From Pelagibacterales bacterium SAG-MED31 (lineage in GTDB: Bacteria > Pseudomonadota > Alphaproteobacteria > HIMB59 > GCA-002718135): a DNA stretch of 61,716 nucleotides. Both the position numbers and the translations under genes were made by a program. Where the stretch lies: NCBI GenBank assembly GCA_014653715.1, contig JACWEB010000003.1:1-61716 (forward strand), written 5' to 3'. Below are positions 1 to 10,456 of the stretch, in pieces. The notes below the pieces were generated by a model that worked only from the letters and a program-made list of their open reading frames with translations, had not been told where the DNA came from and made no database searches. Positions within the stretch are counted from its first letter, which is position 1; every line of letters starts with the position of its first letter.

Positions 1-2
1 AT

Positions 3-551
3 ACAAATGTTGCTGGTTTTTTTAATTCCTTAAAGGATGGCTTAAATGCACCTCTGCAAGGAATGAGTATAGCATTTAGTAGTTCGTTACTAGGACTAGC
101 AGGTTCATTAATTCTTGGTTTTATGGATATAAATCTTGGCCAGGCTCAAAATAAATTTAGTTTATTTTTTGAAAAAATATTAGAGAATAACTCTATTCCT
201 GATTTTCTTAATTCATCATCTTCAGATAACTTAAATCAACAAGCGTTGCAAAAAATATATGATAATCTGGATAGCATTGTTTATTCATTAAAAAAAACCT
301 CTGAAAATCAAAATGATATTAATAATAATTTATCACAATTAAATTCTCAAATTAAAAATATTAATAACCATTCAGTTGCAATAGATGAAAAACTATCAAA
401 TTTTTTATCTACTCAATTAAATACTCAATCAAGTATTTTACAGCTTATAAATAAAATTAATGAACAAGGTATTTTAGATAATTCAACTAAAAAAATATTT
501 GAAGATTTAAGTCTCAGTATTCAAGAACTTAACGCTAATAATAAAAAATAA
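3..551 (+). CDS. MotA/TolQ/ExbB-like membrane protein, 5'-truncated by window edge
   Basis: Frame is open from base 3 (TNVAGFFNSLKDGLNAPLQGMSIAFSSSLLGLAGSL), matching the last TM helix of the MotA/ExbB proton-channel family; coiled-coil tail; directly upstream of a MotB/OmpA-domain gene. Confidence 0.75.
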   Translation, partial: TNVAGFFNSLKDGLNAPLQGMSIAFSSSLLGLAGSLILGFMDINLGQAQNKFSLFFEKILENNSIPDFLNSSSSDNLNQQALQKIYDNLDSIVYSLKKTSENQNDINNNLSQLNSQIKNINNHSVAIDEKLSNFLSTQLNTQSSILQLINKINEQGILDNSTKKIFEDLSLSIQELNANNKK

Positions 552-553
552 TA

Positions 554-2572
554 ATGGCATCAAGGTCTTTAAGAAATAGACTTGGTGAATCAACTAATAT
601 TTGGCCAGGGTTTGTAGATGTTTTAGCCACATTATTGATAGTTATTATCTTTGTTCTGATGGTTTTTACTGTATCTCAAATTTATTTAAGCGATGCTATA
701 TCGGGAAGAGATAAAGCATTGCAAGAGCTTAGAATACAAATAAGCGAATTATCCAAAATTATTCAATCTGAAGTTGGTGAAAAGAAAAAGGCTCTTGAAA
801 CTTTATCTGAAACAGAGTCATTATTAAGTGGGGTTCAAACAGATTTAGGAAAGCAAGAGTTAATTACTAAAGGATTACAAACAGATCTTGCCAAAAAAAG
901 TGCTGAAATATTTATTCAAGAGCAAAATATACTTGCTCTTTCTGGTCAAATAACAGAACTTTTAAGTGAATTGCGAATTGTTGCAAAAGCTCTTGAAGTT
1001 TATGAGGGATTAGATACTGCTGTATTAGACACAGAAGGACTAGGTCAGAAAATTAATAAAGCTTTAGCAACTAGGATAGATCAATTAAAGAAACTTAATA
1101 CAAAGCTAGATGAAACAAATAAGAAACTTGCAATAAGCCAAACAAATCTAAATGAAAAAGTTAATGAATTAAACATAACAAATAAAAATTTAAAAGAACT
1201 TAATAATCAACTAGATGAAACAAATATAAAACTTGAAATAAGTGAAAATGATCTTAATCAGAAAATCAATGAATTAAACATAACAAATAAAAATTTAAAA
1301 GAACTTAATAATCAACTAGATGAAACAAATATAAAACTTGAAATAAGTGAAAATGATCTTAATCAGAAAATCAATGAATTAAATATTAAAAATGAGAACT
1401 TGATTGCGATTAATGAAAGTTTGGGTTTAGAGGATGGGGATATAACTGAGCAGTTACAAGCTATTAAAAATAAAAATCAAGAACTTTTGGATTTAAATAA
1501 AAATTTATTAATCTCACAAAAAGAAACTCAAGAAACTCTAAGTTTGTTAGAACAAACAAATTTAGAGCTTTCACTAAGAGATGAAGAACTTCAAAATCAA
1601 ATAAGTCAATATCAGGCTCTTATGAATGATTTATTAGAAATTAATGATAGTCTTGGGCTTAAAGATGCGACACTTAAAGAACAATTAGATGCAATTAGGT
1701 ATAAGAATCAGGAATTAGCTAGGCTCAATCAAAATCTTATCAATAAAGATAATACTATATTTGACTTGAGGGGAAAAATTATTGAATTGAATAATGTTTT
1801 ATCAATTTCGGATGCAAAAAGAATAGATCAGGAATTGGAAATTGCATTACTAAAGAAAAATATAGAAAACATTGAAAATGTTAGAATCCAAGAAAATGAA
1901 ATCTCTAATAACCAAATAGAAGAAATGGAAATTCAAGCCTCTCAAACTTTTGAACAAATTGCAATATTATCAGATGAAATTGAAAATTTAAAAAATGAAA
2001 TAGTTACATTGAATATGGCCTTAGAAGCAAGTGAAGAAGAAACTGTTTCTAAAAATCTTGAAATTGAAATATTGGGTGAAAGACTTAACAAAGCATTAAC
2101 TTCTAAGATATTTGAGTTGCAAAAATACCGATCTGAATTTTTTGGTAAATTACAAAATTTATTAGGTGATAGGGATGACATTAAGGTTGTGGGTGATAGA
2201 TTTATTTTTGAGTCTGAGCTGTTATTTGACTCAGCATCAGCAAATCTGCAAGAAAAAGGAAAACAAAAATTAAAAGAAATAGCAATGACCTTAATGGAAA
2301 CAACAATACAAATACCAACAGATATTGATTGGATTATCCAAGTTGAAGGACATACTGATAAAAGACCAATTAACACTAATCAGTTTCCTTCTAACTGGGA
2401 GTTATCAACTGCTAGAGCAAATTCTGTTTTAAAATTATTACTTGAGATAGGCTTTTCACCAACAAGACTTGCCGCAGCAGGTTATGGAGAGTTTTATCCT
2501 ATTAGTGATGGTGAAACCAAAGAAGATTATCAGCAAAATAGAAGAATTGAATTAAAATTGACCTCTCGCTAG
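554..2572 (+). CDS. MotB-like peptidoglycan-binding protein (TM helix, very long coiled coil, OmpA C-terminal domain)
   Basis: N-terminal WPGFVDVLATLL TM with conserved Asp; C-terminal VEGHTD, SNWELSTARA, GYGE, NRRIE OmpA/MotB motifs. Confidence 0.85.
   Translation: MASRSLRNRLGESTNIWPGFVDVLATLLIVIIFVLMVFTVSQIYLSDAISGRDKALQELRIQISELSKIIQSEVGEKKKALETLSETESLLSGVQTDLGKQELITKGLQTDLAKKSAEIFIQEQNILALSGQITELLSELRIVAKALEVYEGLDTAVLDTEGLGQKINKALATRIDQLKKLNTKLDETNKKLAISQTNLNEKVNELNITNKNLKELNNQLDETNIKLEISENDLNQKINELNITNKNLKELNNQLDETNIKLEISENDLNQKINELNIKNENLIAINESLGLEDGDITEQLQAIKNKNQELLDLNKNLLISQKETQETLSLLEQTNLELSLRDEELQNQISQYQALMNDLLEINDSLGLKDATLKEQLDAIRYKNQELARLNQNLINKDNTIFDLRGKIIELNNVLSISDAKRIDQELEIALLKKNIENIENVRIQENEISNNQIEEMEIQASQTFEQIAILSDEIENLKNEIVTLNMALEASEEETVSKNLEIEILGERLNKALTSKIFELQKYRSEFFGKLQNLLGDRDDIKVVGDRFIFESELLFDSASANLQEKGKQKLKEIAMTLMETTIQIPTDIDWIIQVEGHTDKRPINTNQFPSNWELSTARANSVLKLLLEIGFSPTRLAAAGYGEFYPISDGETKEDYQQNRRIELKLTSR
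1163..1383 (+). repeat. Exact in-frame 105-bp (35-aa) tandem repeat, ~2.1 copies
   Basis: aatgaattaaacataacaaat...aatcagaaaatc starts at 1163 and 1268, with a partial third copy at 1373. Confidence 0.95.
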
Positions 2573-2613
2573 CTGCCTTAAATTAAACATAAAGTTTTCT
2601 TATTTCAATTATT

Positions 2614-3114
2614 ATGAAATTATTTTTAGGAGTTTTGTTTTTACTTTTTTCAAATTTTTCTTATGCAGGTTGTGATGATCAACCTTCCAATGAAGTTGAT
2701 TGGACAAATTGTAATTTTGTAGAAAATCTTGATTTGATTGGTGTTGGTTTAGCAAATGCTAAAATGTCAGGTGTTAATTTATCATTAGCTAATTTAGAAA
2801 AATCTCAATTAAATAATTCTGATCTTTCTGTTGGAAACTTCATATTTGCTAACTTTAGTAATTCTAATTTATATGCTTCAAATCTACAGGGCGCTAACTG
2901 TAATAATGCAAATTTTGAAAATGCAAACTTAGCAAAAGTAAATTTTGAAGGAGCAAATCTTTTTACTTCATCATTCAAAGGTGCTAATCTCTACGAAGCT
3001 AACCTATTAGGCGCAAATATTTCAGGAGCTGTTTTTGATGAAGCTAATTTATCCAGTGCCATCTGGATAGATGGGAAAAAATGCGCTTTAGGATCAATAG
3101 GTATTTGTAATTAA
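2614..3114 (+). CDS. Secreted pentapeptide-repeat protein
   Basis: Signal peptide ending SYA; runs of A(N/D)(L/F)xx repeats; Cys residues near both ends. Confidence 0.9.
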   Translation: MKLFLGVLFLLFSNFSYAGCDDQPSNEVDWTNCNFVENLDLIGVGLANAKMSGVNLSLANLEKSQLNNSDLSVGNFIFANFSNSNLYASNLQGANCNNANFENANLAKVNFEGANLFTSSFKGANLYEANLLGANISGAVFDEANLSSAIWIDGKKCALGSIGICN

Positions 3115-3185
3115 CAAAGAATTTATCCAATAGGTTTGATTTATAATTTACATTATGCATAATTTAATGCAGAAATTCATTTATT

Positions 3186-4088
3186 ATGCATTCCAATAAT
3201 TATTTTAATGCTTTTATCTTAGTTTTTCTTGCTGGTTTATTCTGGAGTTTTGGAGTTGTAACCGTAAGATATATGGTTGATGCTCATGATTTTGTTTTTC
3301 AGTATCTATTTTATAGAGGAATATCTATTGCAATTATCTTATTAATTTATCTATTTTTAAAAGAAGGCTTAGACTTTTATAAAAATTTTTTTCGAATTGG
3401 GATTTCAGGTATTTTAGGTGGTATATTTTTGGCTACAGCTTTTACAGGTTTTATTTTCTCTATAACAATGACAACTGCAGCAGTTACCTTATTTATGCTT
3501 GCAGCAATGCCTTTTATTGCTGCTATAGCTGGATATTTTATTTTAGGAGAAACACTTCGAAGAACAACATTATTTTCTATGGTTGTTGCTTTTTTTGGTG
3601 TTTGTATAATGATTTTTAATGATAGTATTTCAGGAAGTGCACTTGGGGCAATTATTGGTTTTATTTCAGCAACAGGTTTTGCTCTATATTCTGTTACTAT
3701 AAGATGGAAACCTGAAACTCCTAAATTTACTACTGTTGTTTTAGCTGGCTTATTTTGTGCTTTGTTTTCTTTTTGCGTTCTAGGTTTTTCTTTTAAACCT
3801 TTTACCTCAATGCCATCCATAAATAGTTATTTGAGTTTATTGCATGGTCTCATCGTTGCAACAGGTTTGATTTTATACACCTTGGGTGCAAAATATTTAC
3901 CTTCTGCTGAGTTAACACTATTATCATTAATGGAAGTTGTAGGTGGTGTTATTTGGGTATGGATACCTATCTTTGGAATTAATGAAGTTCCAAGTTTTAC
4001 TGTTGTTCTTGGAGGAGTGGTTATTACTTCTGCTGTTTTATTTCATGGCTATGGCGCTAGGAAAAAAAGAGAACCGGTTTTACCCTAG
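3186..4088 (+). CDS. DMT/EamA family transporter
   Basis: 300 aa, ~10 TM helices, LFYRG and LGE motifs, two-repeat organisation. Confidence 0.85.
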   Translation: MHSNNYFNAFILVFLAGLFWSFGVVTVRYMVDAHDFVFQYLFYRGISIAIILLIYLFLKEGLDFYKNFFRIGISGILGGIFLATAFTGFIFSITMTTAAVTLFMLAAMPFIAAIAGYFILGETLRRTTLFSMVVAFFGVCIMIFNDSISGSALGAIIGFISATGFALYSVTIRWKPETPKFTTVVLAGLFCALFSFCVLGFSFKPFTSMPSINSYLSLLHGLIVATGLILYTLGAKYLPSAELTLLSLMEVVGGVIWVWIPIFGINEVPSFTVVLGGVVITSAVLFHGYGARKKREPVLP

Positions 4089-5320
4089 TTGTTTACTTGA
4101 AGTTTAGTGGAATTTTTTCTTGGTAAACTTAAATCAGACCATACTTTATCAAGACATTTTACCATATTATCAATATGTTCTTTTCGATGTTTAGGGGTTA
4201 CTGTAATTCTTAATCTCTCTAAACCTTTAGGAACTGTAGGATAAAAAATTGGTTGAGCATAGATGCCATGATCTTCGATTAGTTTTTCGGATACTTTTTT
4301 ACATAAAAACGGGTCATTAATCATTACAGAGATAATATGACTATTTGTATCAATATACGGAATAGCTATTGATTCTAGAAGCTGCCTAATAGTTGAAGCG
4401 TTTTCATGAATTTTAATACGTAGCTGGTCTGCTAAAGATACAATATCAACAGATTTGCTAGCTCCTGCAGCTATTGAAGGACATATAGATGTTGTGAAAA
4501 TAAATCCTGGGGCAAAGCTTCGTATATAATCTATGATTTCTTTACTAGCAGCTATATATCCACCCATTTGTCCATAAGCTTTAGCTAATGTTCCATTGAT
4601 AATATCAATTTCATGATCTACTTTCATTTCTACTGCGATACCTTTTCCTTCTTCTCCATAAAGTCCAACAGAATGAACTTCATCAAGATATGTCATTGCT
4701 CCATATTTCTTTGCAAGCTCAACAATTTTGATTATTGGTGATCGTATACCTTCCATTGAGTAAAGACTTTCAAAAACAATAAGTTTTGGGTGATCTGTAT
4801 TAGCTGATTTAAGAAGTTCTTCTAGATGATCAACATCATTATGATTAAATATATGGCAAGTCGCACCGCTATTCTTTATTCCTTGTATTAAAGAAGCATG
4901 ATTAAGTTCATCAGAAAATATTTCTAAATTTTTAATTTTTTTGCCCAATGTCCAGAGAGTAGATTGATTAGCTGTGTATGCTGATGCAAATAAAAGGGCA
5001 TTCTCTTTGTTGTGCACATTGGCAAGTTTTTCTTCAAGCGCTGTATGATATGAGCTTGTTCCAGAAATATTTCTTGTTCCACCAGAACCAGAACCGATTT
5101 CTAAAAGTGTCTTAACTGTTTCATTGACAACTTCAGGATGCTGACTCATATTGAGGTAGTCATTTGAGCACCAAACCTCAACATCTCTTTCATTTTCACC
5201 TTGAGTTTCATCTGCTTTTGGGAATTTTTTTATTGGACGGTCAATTTCTCTAAATTGACGATACAAGCCTTCTTCTTTTAATTTTTTTAATTCTGAACGA
5301 AAGAAATTGATATATTTCAT
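4085..5320 (-). CDS. hemA: 5-aminolevulinate synthase
   Basis: [40 protein letters not shown] (PLP Lys); start taken at ATG 5320 (MKYINFF) rather than the ORF-track 5407. Confidence 0.95.
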   Translation of the reverse strand: MKYINFFRSELKKLKEEGLYRQFREIDRPIKKFPKADETQGENERDVEVWCSNDYLNMSQHPEVVNETVKTLLEIGSGSGGTRNISGTSSYHTALEEKLANVHNKENALLFASAYTANQSTLWTLGKKIKNLEIFSDELNHASLIQGIKNSGATCHIFNHNDVDHLEELLKSANTDHPKLIVFESLYSMEGIRSPIIKIVELAKKYGAMTYLDEVHSVGLYGEEGKGIAVEMKVDHEIDIINGTLAKAYGQMGGYIAASKEIIDYIRSFAPGFIFTTSICPSIAAGASKSVDIVSLADQLRIKIHENASTIRQLLESIAIPYIDTNSHIISVMINDPFLCKKVSEKLIEDHGIYAQPIFYPTVPKGLERLRITVTPKHRKEHIDNMVKCLDKVWSDLSLPRKNSTKLQVNN

Positions 5321-5391
5321 TAACTTGTAGTTAAAGGTTAATTTTAAAAAACCAAGGTTATAATTTGCAATATTGTCACAGTGGTAATTAC

Positions 5392-5949
5392 TTAATCCTT
5401 TCCCCAAAAACTAATTCTATTCCAAACACCATATTTGTCTCCATTTATGAATCGATGGTATAAACCTGCACTTAAATGAATTCCAAACACAATTATAAGA
5501 GCAATCATTGATTGATAATGAAACTGAACAAAAGTTGGATACATTTCAAAATTAGTTTCTATAAATTTAGGCACAGTTATTAGTCCAAGTAGTTGAACAT
5601 CAAAACCACCTGCTTGAGTCATCATTGTGCCTTGAACCGGTATCCAAATTACTAGGGCATAAAGTAAGGTATGAATAACTCTTGAGGCATATCTGTGAAA
5701 TTTAGAGAGTGTGGAAGTATCTGGTTTTGAATTAAAAAATTTCCAAATTAGTCTCAAAACTACTATCGTAAATATAATTGTTCCGATAATTTTATGGATT
5801 CCAATAAATCCTATTTTAGCAGGGGAGAATTCCATATTGTGAAGGTTAAAACCTGTAAATATTTGCCATATTAATAATAAAGCTAGAACCCAATGGAAAC
5901 TTTTTGCTATTAAACCCCAAGAATTTTGAGTTGCTTTGATACTTTTCAT
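5392..5949 (-). CDS. cybB: Cytochrome b561
   Basis: FHWVLA, HKIIG, RLIW, H-x(13)-H heme ligands; 4 TM helices. Confidence 0.85.
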   Translation of the reverse strand: MKSIKATQNSWGLIAKSFHWVLALLLIWQIFTGFNLHNMEFSPAKIGFIGIHKIIGTIIFTIVVLRLIWKFFNSKPDTSTLSKFHRYASRVIHTLLYALVIWIPVQGTMMTQAGGFDVQLLGLITVPKFIETNFEMYPTFVQFHYQSMIALIIVFGIHLSAGLYHRFINGDKYGVWNRISFWGKD

Positions 5950-6090
5950 ATTAATCCTTTTTTTGGAATTTATTTATAAACTAATTTAATAGAGTTATAA
6001 TTTTTTGCAAGAAGGCTATATTTTCATACTAGTCTATATTAATATTAATTAGTCTAATAGATTAGTGTCTAAAAAAGTTTATATACAATT

Positions 6091-7626
6091 ATGGTTTTGG
6101 AAAATTTAAATATACTCTCAAGAAAAAGTGATCTTGCTGTAATTCAAGCTCGTGAATTTGGACAAATTTTATCATCTAATTTTCCATCTATAAAATTAAA
6201 TTATATTACAAAAAGTACTTCAGGGGATAAAGATTTAAAAACACCGTTATCAGAAATGCCAACTGAGGGTGTATTTACTGATGATTTGAGAGATGAATTA
6301 ATAAAAAAAAATTGTGATATCATAATCCATTCTTGGAAAGATTTACCTCTGGATGTTGGAAGTGATACTGAAGTTGCAATTACTTTAGATCGAGCTGATG
6401 AAAGAGATTTATTATTTATAAAAAAAAATAGTACTAAAAAAATTAATCAAAAAAATTCAATTTCTATCTTCTCATCATCACCTAGACGACAGTATAATTT
6501 AGAAAATTTTATTAAAAACTATTTACCATTTAAAATTAAAAATATTAAATTTGAAAATATAAGAGGTAATATACTTACAAGATTTAAAAAATTTACAGAG
6601 GGTAATGTTGATGGCTTTGTTGTTGCAAAAGCTGCAATTGATAGACTTCTTAACGCAGATCAAATTGATTTTCCTGATACTAAAAAAAACTTACTTTCAT
6701 ACATTAATGAATGTTTATGGAGTGTAATACCACTCTCCATAAACCCATCATCACCAGGTCAAGGAGCATTAGCAGTTGAGATTCGAACCGAAGATACTGA
6801 TTTAAAAAAAATTTTGTCAAAAATTAATAATATAGTAGACTACAAAAATGTAACTCTTGAAAGGGACGAGCTTCAAAAATATGGAGGTGGCTGTCATCAA
6901 AAAATTGGAGTATCCTATAAAAATACTCATTTTGGAAAAGTTAAATTTAGTAAAGGGGAAAAAGAAGACGGATCATCATTTTATGAAAAAACTATTTATG
7001 AAAATAATAACCCCCTATATGTGAAGCCAACATCTATCACTGAGATATTTCCTGAACATCTGAGTGATTATAATTTCTTTAATAGAAAAGTAATTGAGAG
7101 TAGTGTTAAAGAATTATCTGAAACAAAAGACAAATGTATCTGGGTTTCAAGACAAAGTGCTTTGCCTAAAGGCGCAAGTATAGATAAATCTAATATTATT
7201 TGGGTCAGCGGATTAGAAACTTGGAAAAATATTGCAGAAAAAGGAATATGGGTAAATGGTTCTGCAGATGGTTTAGGTGAAGACATAGATCCCAAAACTA
7301 AATCTTTAACAAATAATGAATGGATAAAATTAACACATTTAGATTCACCTGTCTCAAGAATCAGAAATGTTATTCATACATATGTGTTAGAAAAAAATGA
7401 AATTTCTTTAAATCTCGAAAATAAAAACTATTTTTATTGGATGAGCTCAAGTGCCTTTAAGTATGCAATTACTAAATATCCAAATATACTAAATAAATTT
7501 CATTTTTGTGGGCCAGGGAATACCTATAATGAGATTAAAAAAATATTGGGTGATGGTTCTAAGAATTTATTCATAGAACTTTCATACAAGGAGTGGAAAA
7601 ATAACATTCTTCCTTCAATTGATTAA
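6091..7626 (+). CDS. hemC: Hydroxymethylbilane synthase with C-terminal HemD-like extension
   Basis: SRKSDLA, HSWKDLP, SSPRR, IRGN, PGQGALA, GGGC (cofactor Cys); 511 aa, ~200 aa longer than typical HemC. Confidence 0.9.
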   Translation: MVLENLNILSRKSDLAVIQAREFGQILSSNFPSIKLNYITKSTSGDKDLKTPLSEMPTEGVFTDDLRDELIKKNCDIIIHSWKDLPLDVGSDTEVAITLDRADERDLLFIKKNSTKKINQKNSISIFSSSPRRQYNLENFIKNYLPFKIKNIKFENIRGNILTRFKKFTEGNVDGFVVAKAAIDRLLNADQIDFPDTKKNLLSYINECLWSVIPLSINPSSPGQGALAVEIRTEDTDLKKILSKINNIVDYKNVTLERDELQKYGGGCHQKIGVSYKNTHFGKVKFSKGEKEDGSSFYEKTIYENNNPLYVKPTSITEIFPEHLSDYNFFNRKVIESSVKELSETKDKCIWVSRQSALPKGASIDKSNIIWVSGLETWKNIAEKGIWVNGSADGLGEDIDPKTKSLTNNEWIKLTHLDSPVSRIRNVIHTYVLEKNEISLNLENKNYFYWMSSSAFKYAITKYPNILNKFHFCGPGNTYNEIKKILGDGSKNLFIELSYKEWKNNILPSID

Positions 7627-8624
7627 TGGCTAATAATAAATTTTATAACGCATTAAACAAAGTGCCTCAATCAACACCACCGATATGGTTCATGCGTCAA
7701 GCAGGAAGATATCATTCGCATTATCAGCAACTTAAACTCAAATATACTTTTGAAGAATTATGTAAAAATGCTGAACTAGCCGCAGAAGTTGCCTGTGGGC
7801 CAGTTGAAGAATTTGATTTTGATGTTGCGATACTTTTTAGTGATATATTATTTGTCTTAGAGGGTCTTGGTTTAGAATTGGAATTTAATCCTGGGCCAGT
7901 ATTTAAAGAAGAACTAAATCCAGAGAATTACAAAAAATTTAATGATATAGATAAAGCTATTGAACATATGTCTTTTCAAAGAGATGCAATAAAATTTACA
8001 AGACAAAAACTTGCCAAAGATAAAAGTCTTATAGGGTTTGTTGGAGGTTTATGGACCATTTTACGATTTGCCACGGGACAAAATAAAGAAAAGAAAAATT
8101 TTCAAAATTTTTATACAGATTTTATGGAAACAACTCTTCTTGAGGTATTAAAGAGAAATATTAGATTGCAGCTGGATGCTGGGGCAGAAGTAGTAATGAT
8201 GTTTGATAGCGGGATATCGTCTTTAGATAATGATCTTTTTAGAGGGAAGTATCAGCTTCTCTTGAAAAATATATCTAATTCATTTCCTAATAAAGTTGGT
8301 TATTATGCTAGAGGTAAAAACTATAATGAAATTTCTTATTTATCAGATCTTCCTTTTGCTGGAATTGGTGTAGATAACGGCATTGACTTGCAACAAATTT
8401 TTTTGAATTCTAAATTTGGTTTCATTCAAGGTAATTTTAATGAAAATCATCTATTACTTGATGCTGTCGAGCTAGCGAGTGAACTTAAAATATATTCAGA
8501 GTTTATGAAAAATATGGATAATTTAAATGGATGGGTTTGTGGCTTAGGTCATGGCATTAACAAAATTACTCCTGAGAAAAATGTTCATTTATTTATAGAA
8601 ACAATCAGAAAAAATTTTAGTTAA
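7626..8624 (+). CDS. hemE: Uroporphyrinogen decarboxylase
   Basis: PPIWFMRQAGRY, AILFSDIL, IGFVGG, GLGHGI. Confidence 0.95.
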   Translation: MANNKFYNALNKVPQSTPPIWFMRQAGRYHSHYQQLKLKYTFEELCKNAELAAEVACGPVEEFDFDVAILFSDILFVLEGLGLELEFNPGPVFKEELNPENYKKFNDIDKAIEHMSFQRDAIKFTRQKLAKDKSLIGFVGGLWTILRFATGQNKEKKNFQNFYTDFMETTLLEVLKRNIRLQLDAGAEVVMMFDSGISSLDNDLFRGKYQLLLKNISNSFPNKVGYYARGKNYNEISYLSDLPFAGIGVDNGIDLQQIFLNSKFGFIQGNFNENHLLLDAVELASELKIYSEFMKNMDNLNGWVCGLGHGINKITPEKNVHLFIETIRKNFS

Positions 8625-8629
8625 TTAAT

Positions 8630-9655
8630 ATGAAATATTTTGGTGAAAAAAACTATGAACACGGTAGCAAGGATAAAACGGGAGTTTTGATTACAAACCT
8701 AGGGACACCTGATGCTCCAAATGCTAAATCACTTAAAATATATTTAAATCAATTTCTTTCAGATCCAAGAGTAATAGAAATTCCAAAAATAATATGGCAA
8801 ATAATTTTAAAACTTATTATCTTACAAGTCAGACCAAGAAAATCTGCTGCTAATTATAAAAAAATTTGGACAGATAAAGGTTCTCCACTTTTAGATATTT
8901 CGCAAAGACAATTGGAAGGTGTTAAGAAAATAATATCAGAAAAATATCCGAACGTTGAGTTTGCTTTAGGAATGCGTTATGGCAATCCGTCTATTGAAAA
9001 GGCTTTAAACGATTTGAAAAACAAACAAGTAAGAAGACTACTAGTTTTGCCTTTATACCCCCAGTATTGTGCAGCTACAACAGCCAGTACATTTGATGAA
9101 GTAACAAACACTTTACAAAAATGGAGATGGATTCCTGAACTACGTTTTATTAATCAATATTTTGAAGAAGAAAAGTATATTGAAACTTTAGCGTCTTCTA
9201 TTGAAGATTTTTGGGGGAAAAATGGAAAGCCGCAAAAAATAATTTTTAGCTACCATGGCATTCCTAAAAGATATTTATCTAATGGTGATCCTTATCACTG
9301 CTTTTGTCTAAAGACGACTAGGTTAGTTAAAGAAAAAATGAAACTTAGTGATGATCAAATTATGACAACTTTTCAAAGTAGATTTGGAAGAGAGGAATGG
9401 TTACAACCTTATACTAGTGAAACATTAAAAGAGTTACCTGGTAAAGGTATAAAAGATATTCATATTATATCACCTGGGTTCAGCGCCGATTGTCTTGAAA
9501 CACTTGAGGAGCTTGAGGAAGAAAATAGAGAATATTTTATTGATTCTGGAGGGGAGAAATACAAATACATTCCTTGTCTTAATGATAATAAAGAACATTT
9601 AGATTTTATTTCACATCTTATTTTAAAAAATACTCATGGGTGGAATAAAGAATGA
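8630..9655 (+). CDS. hemH: Ferrochelatase
   Basis: NLGTP, MRYGNP, PLYPQY, FSYHGIP, FQSRFG, DCLETLEE. Confidence 0.97.
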   Translation: MKYFGEKNYEHGSKDKTGVLITNLGTPDAPNAKSLKIYLNQFLSDPRVIEIPKIIWQIILKLIILQVRPRKSAANYKKIWTDKGSPLLDISQRQLEGVKKIISEKYPNVEFALGMRYGNPSIEKALNDLKNKQVRRLLVLPLYPQYCAATTASTFDEVTNTLQKWRWIPELRFINQYFEEEKYIETLASSIEDFWGKNGKPQKIIFSYHGIPKRYLSNGDPYHCFCLKTTRLVKEKMKLSDDQIMTTFQSRFGREEWLQPYTSETLKELPGKGIKDIHIISPGFSADCLETLEELEEENREYFIDSGGEKYKYIPCLNDNKEHLDFISHLILKNTHGWNKE

Positions 9656-10455
9656 CAGATTACAATTTTAATGAAGCAAAAAATTGGTTTGAAGAATTAC
9701 GTAATCAATTAATAAAAATAGTTTCCGAAATTGATGGCAGTGATTTTATTAAAACTAATTGGACCCATCGTCATCAAGGGGGAGGAACAATGGCAAAAAT
9801 TAAAGGATCAGTTATTGAAAAAGGTGGAGTGAACATATCATCTGTATCAGGAAAATTTAGTAGTCAAATGCAGGATAAAATTCCTGGAGCAAAAGATAAC
9901 CCTAATTATAAGGCCACTGGTATAAGTGTAGTATTGCACCCTATGTCCCCTAAAATTCCTTCTATGCATTTTAATACTCGTTATTTAATGACAACTGAAC
10001 AATGGTTTGGTGGGGGAATGGATATTACTCCTTGTATGGATTTTAAAAATTTAGAACTTTACCATCAAGGATTAAAAAATATATGTGATACGCATGACTC
10101 AAAAAAATATTCTGAATATAAGAAATGGTGTGATGATTATTTTTATCTTCCTCATCGAAAAGAAGCAAGGGGTGCAGGAGGTATATTTTTTGATTACTTA
10201 AAAAATGATTGGGAACAAGATTTTGAGTTTATTATGGATATTGGAAAATACTTTAGAGATTTCATTCAATCGACATTTTTGGAATTAAAAAATGAGAAAT
10301 GGAGTAATACAGAAAAAGATTTGCAACTAATAAAAAGAAGTCGTTATGCAGAGTTTAACTTACTTCATGATAGGGGAACTAAATTTGGTTTAGAGACAGG
10401 TGGTAATATTGATGCCATATTAATGTCTATGCCTCCTATTGCTAAATGGGATTAA
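9652..10455 (+). CDS. hemF: Oxygen-dependent coproporphyrinogen III oxidase
   Basis: EKGGVN, HFNTRY, WFGGGMD, CDDYFYLPHR, RYAEFNL, DRGTKFGL. Confidence 0.96.
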   Translation: MTDYNFNEAKNWFEELRNQLIKIVSEIDGSDFIKTNWTHRHQGGGTMAKIKGSVIEKGGVNISSVSGKFSSQMQDKIPGAKDNPNYKATGISVVLHPMSPKIPSMHFNTRYLMTTEQWFGGGMDITPCMDFKNLELYHQGLKNICDTHDSKKYSEYKKWCDDYFYLPHRKEARGAGGIFFDYLKNDWEQDFEFIMDIGKYFRDFIQSTFLELKNEKWSNTEKDLQLIKRSRYAEFNLLHDRGTKFGLETGGNIDAILMSMPPIAKWD

Positions 10456-10456
10456 A

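Noticed and set aside
1163-1383. CRISPR-like repeat array
   Set aside because: Units are contiguous, in frame and 105 bp long, with no spacers and no cas genes
3-2572. Zorya anti-phage system (ZorA/ZorB)
   Set aside because: No zorC/D/E-like genes follow, the long coil is in the B subunit rather than the A tail, and the motifs fit a housekeeping-type alphaproteobacterial MotA/MotB-like pair. The upstream flank is not visible.
2614-3114. Qnr/MfpA-type quinolone-resistance protein
   Set aside because: It has a signal peptide and terminal cysteines, so it is probably exported and not a cytoplasmic gyrase protector
5321-5407. N-terminal extensions in the ORF track (hemA here; likewise 11617, 15164, 20242, 49594)
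   Set aside because: They overlap neighbouring genes or precede the signal peptide or ribosome-binding site; downstream ATGs fit the family N-termini better
5950-6090. Possible Irr/iron or CtrA operator between cybB and hemC (TAGTCTA repeats, ATTAATATTAAT)
   Set aside because: No convincing match to the ICE box (TTTAGAA-N3-TTCTAAA) or TTAA-N7-TTAA; short A/T palindromes are expected by chance at this composition
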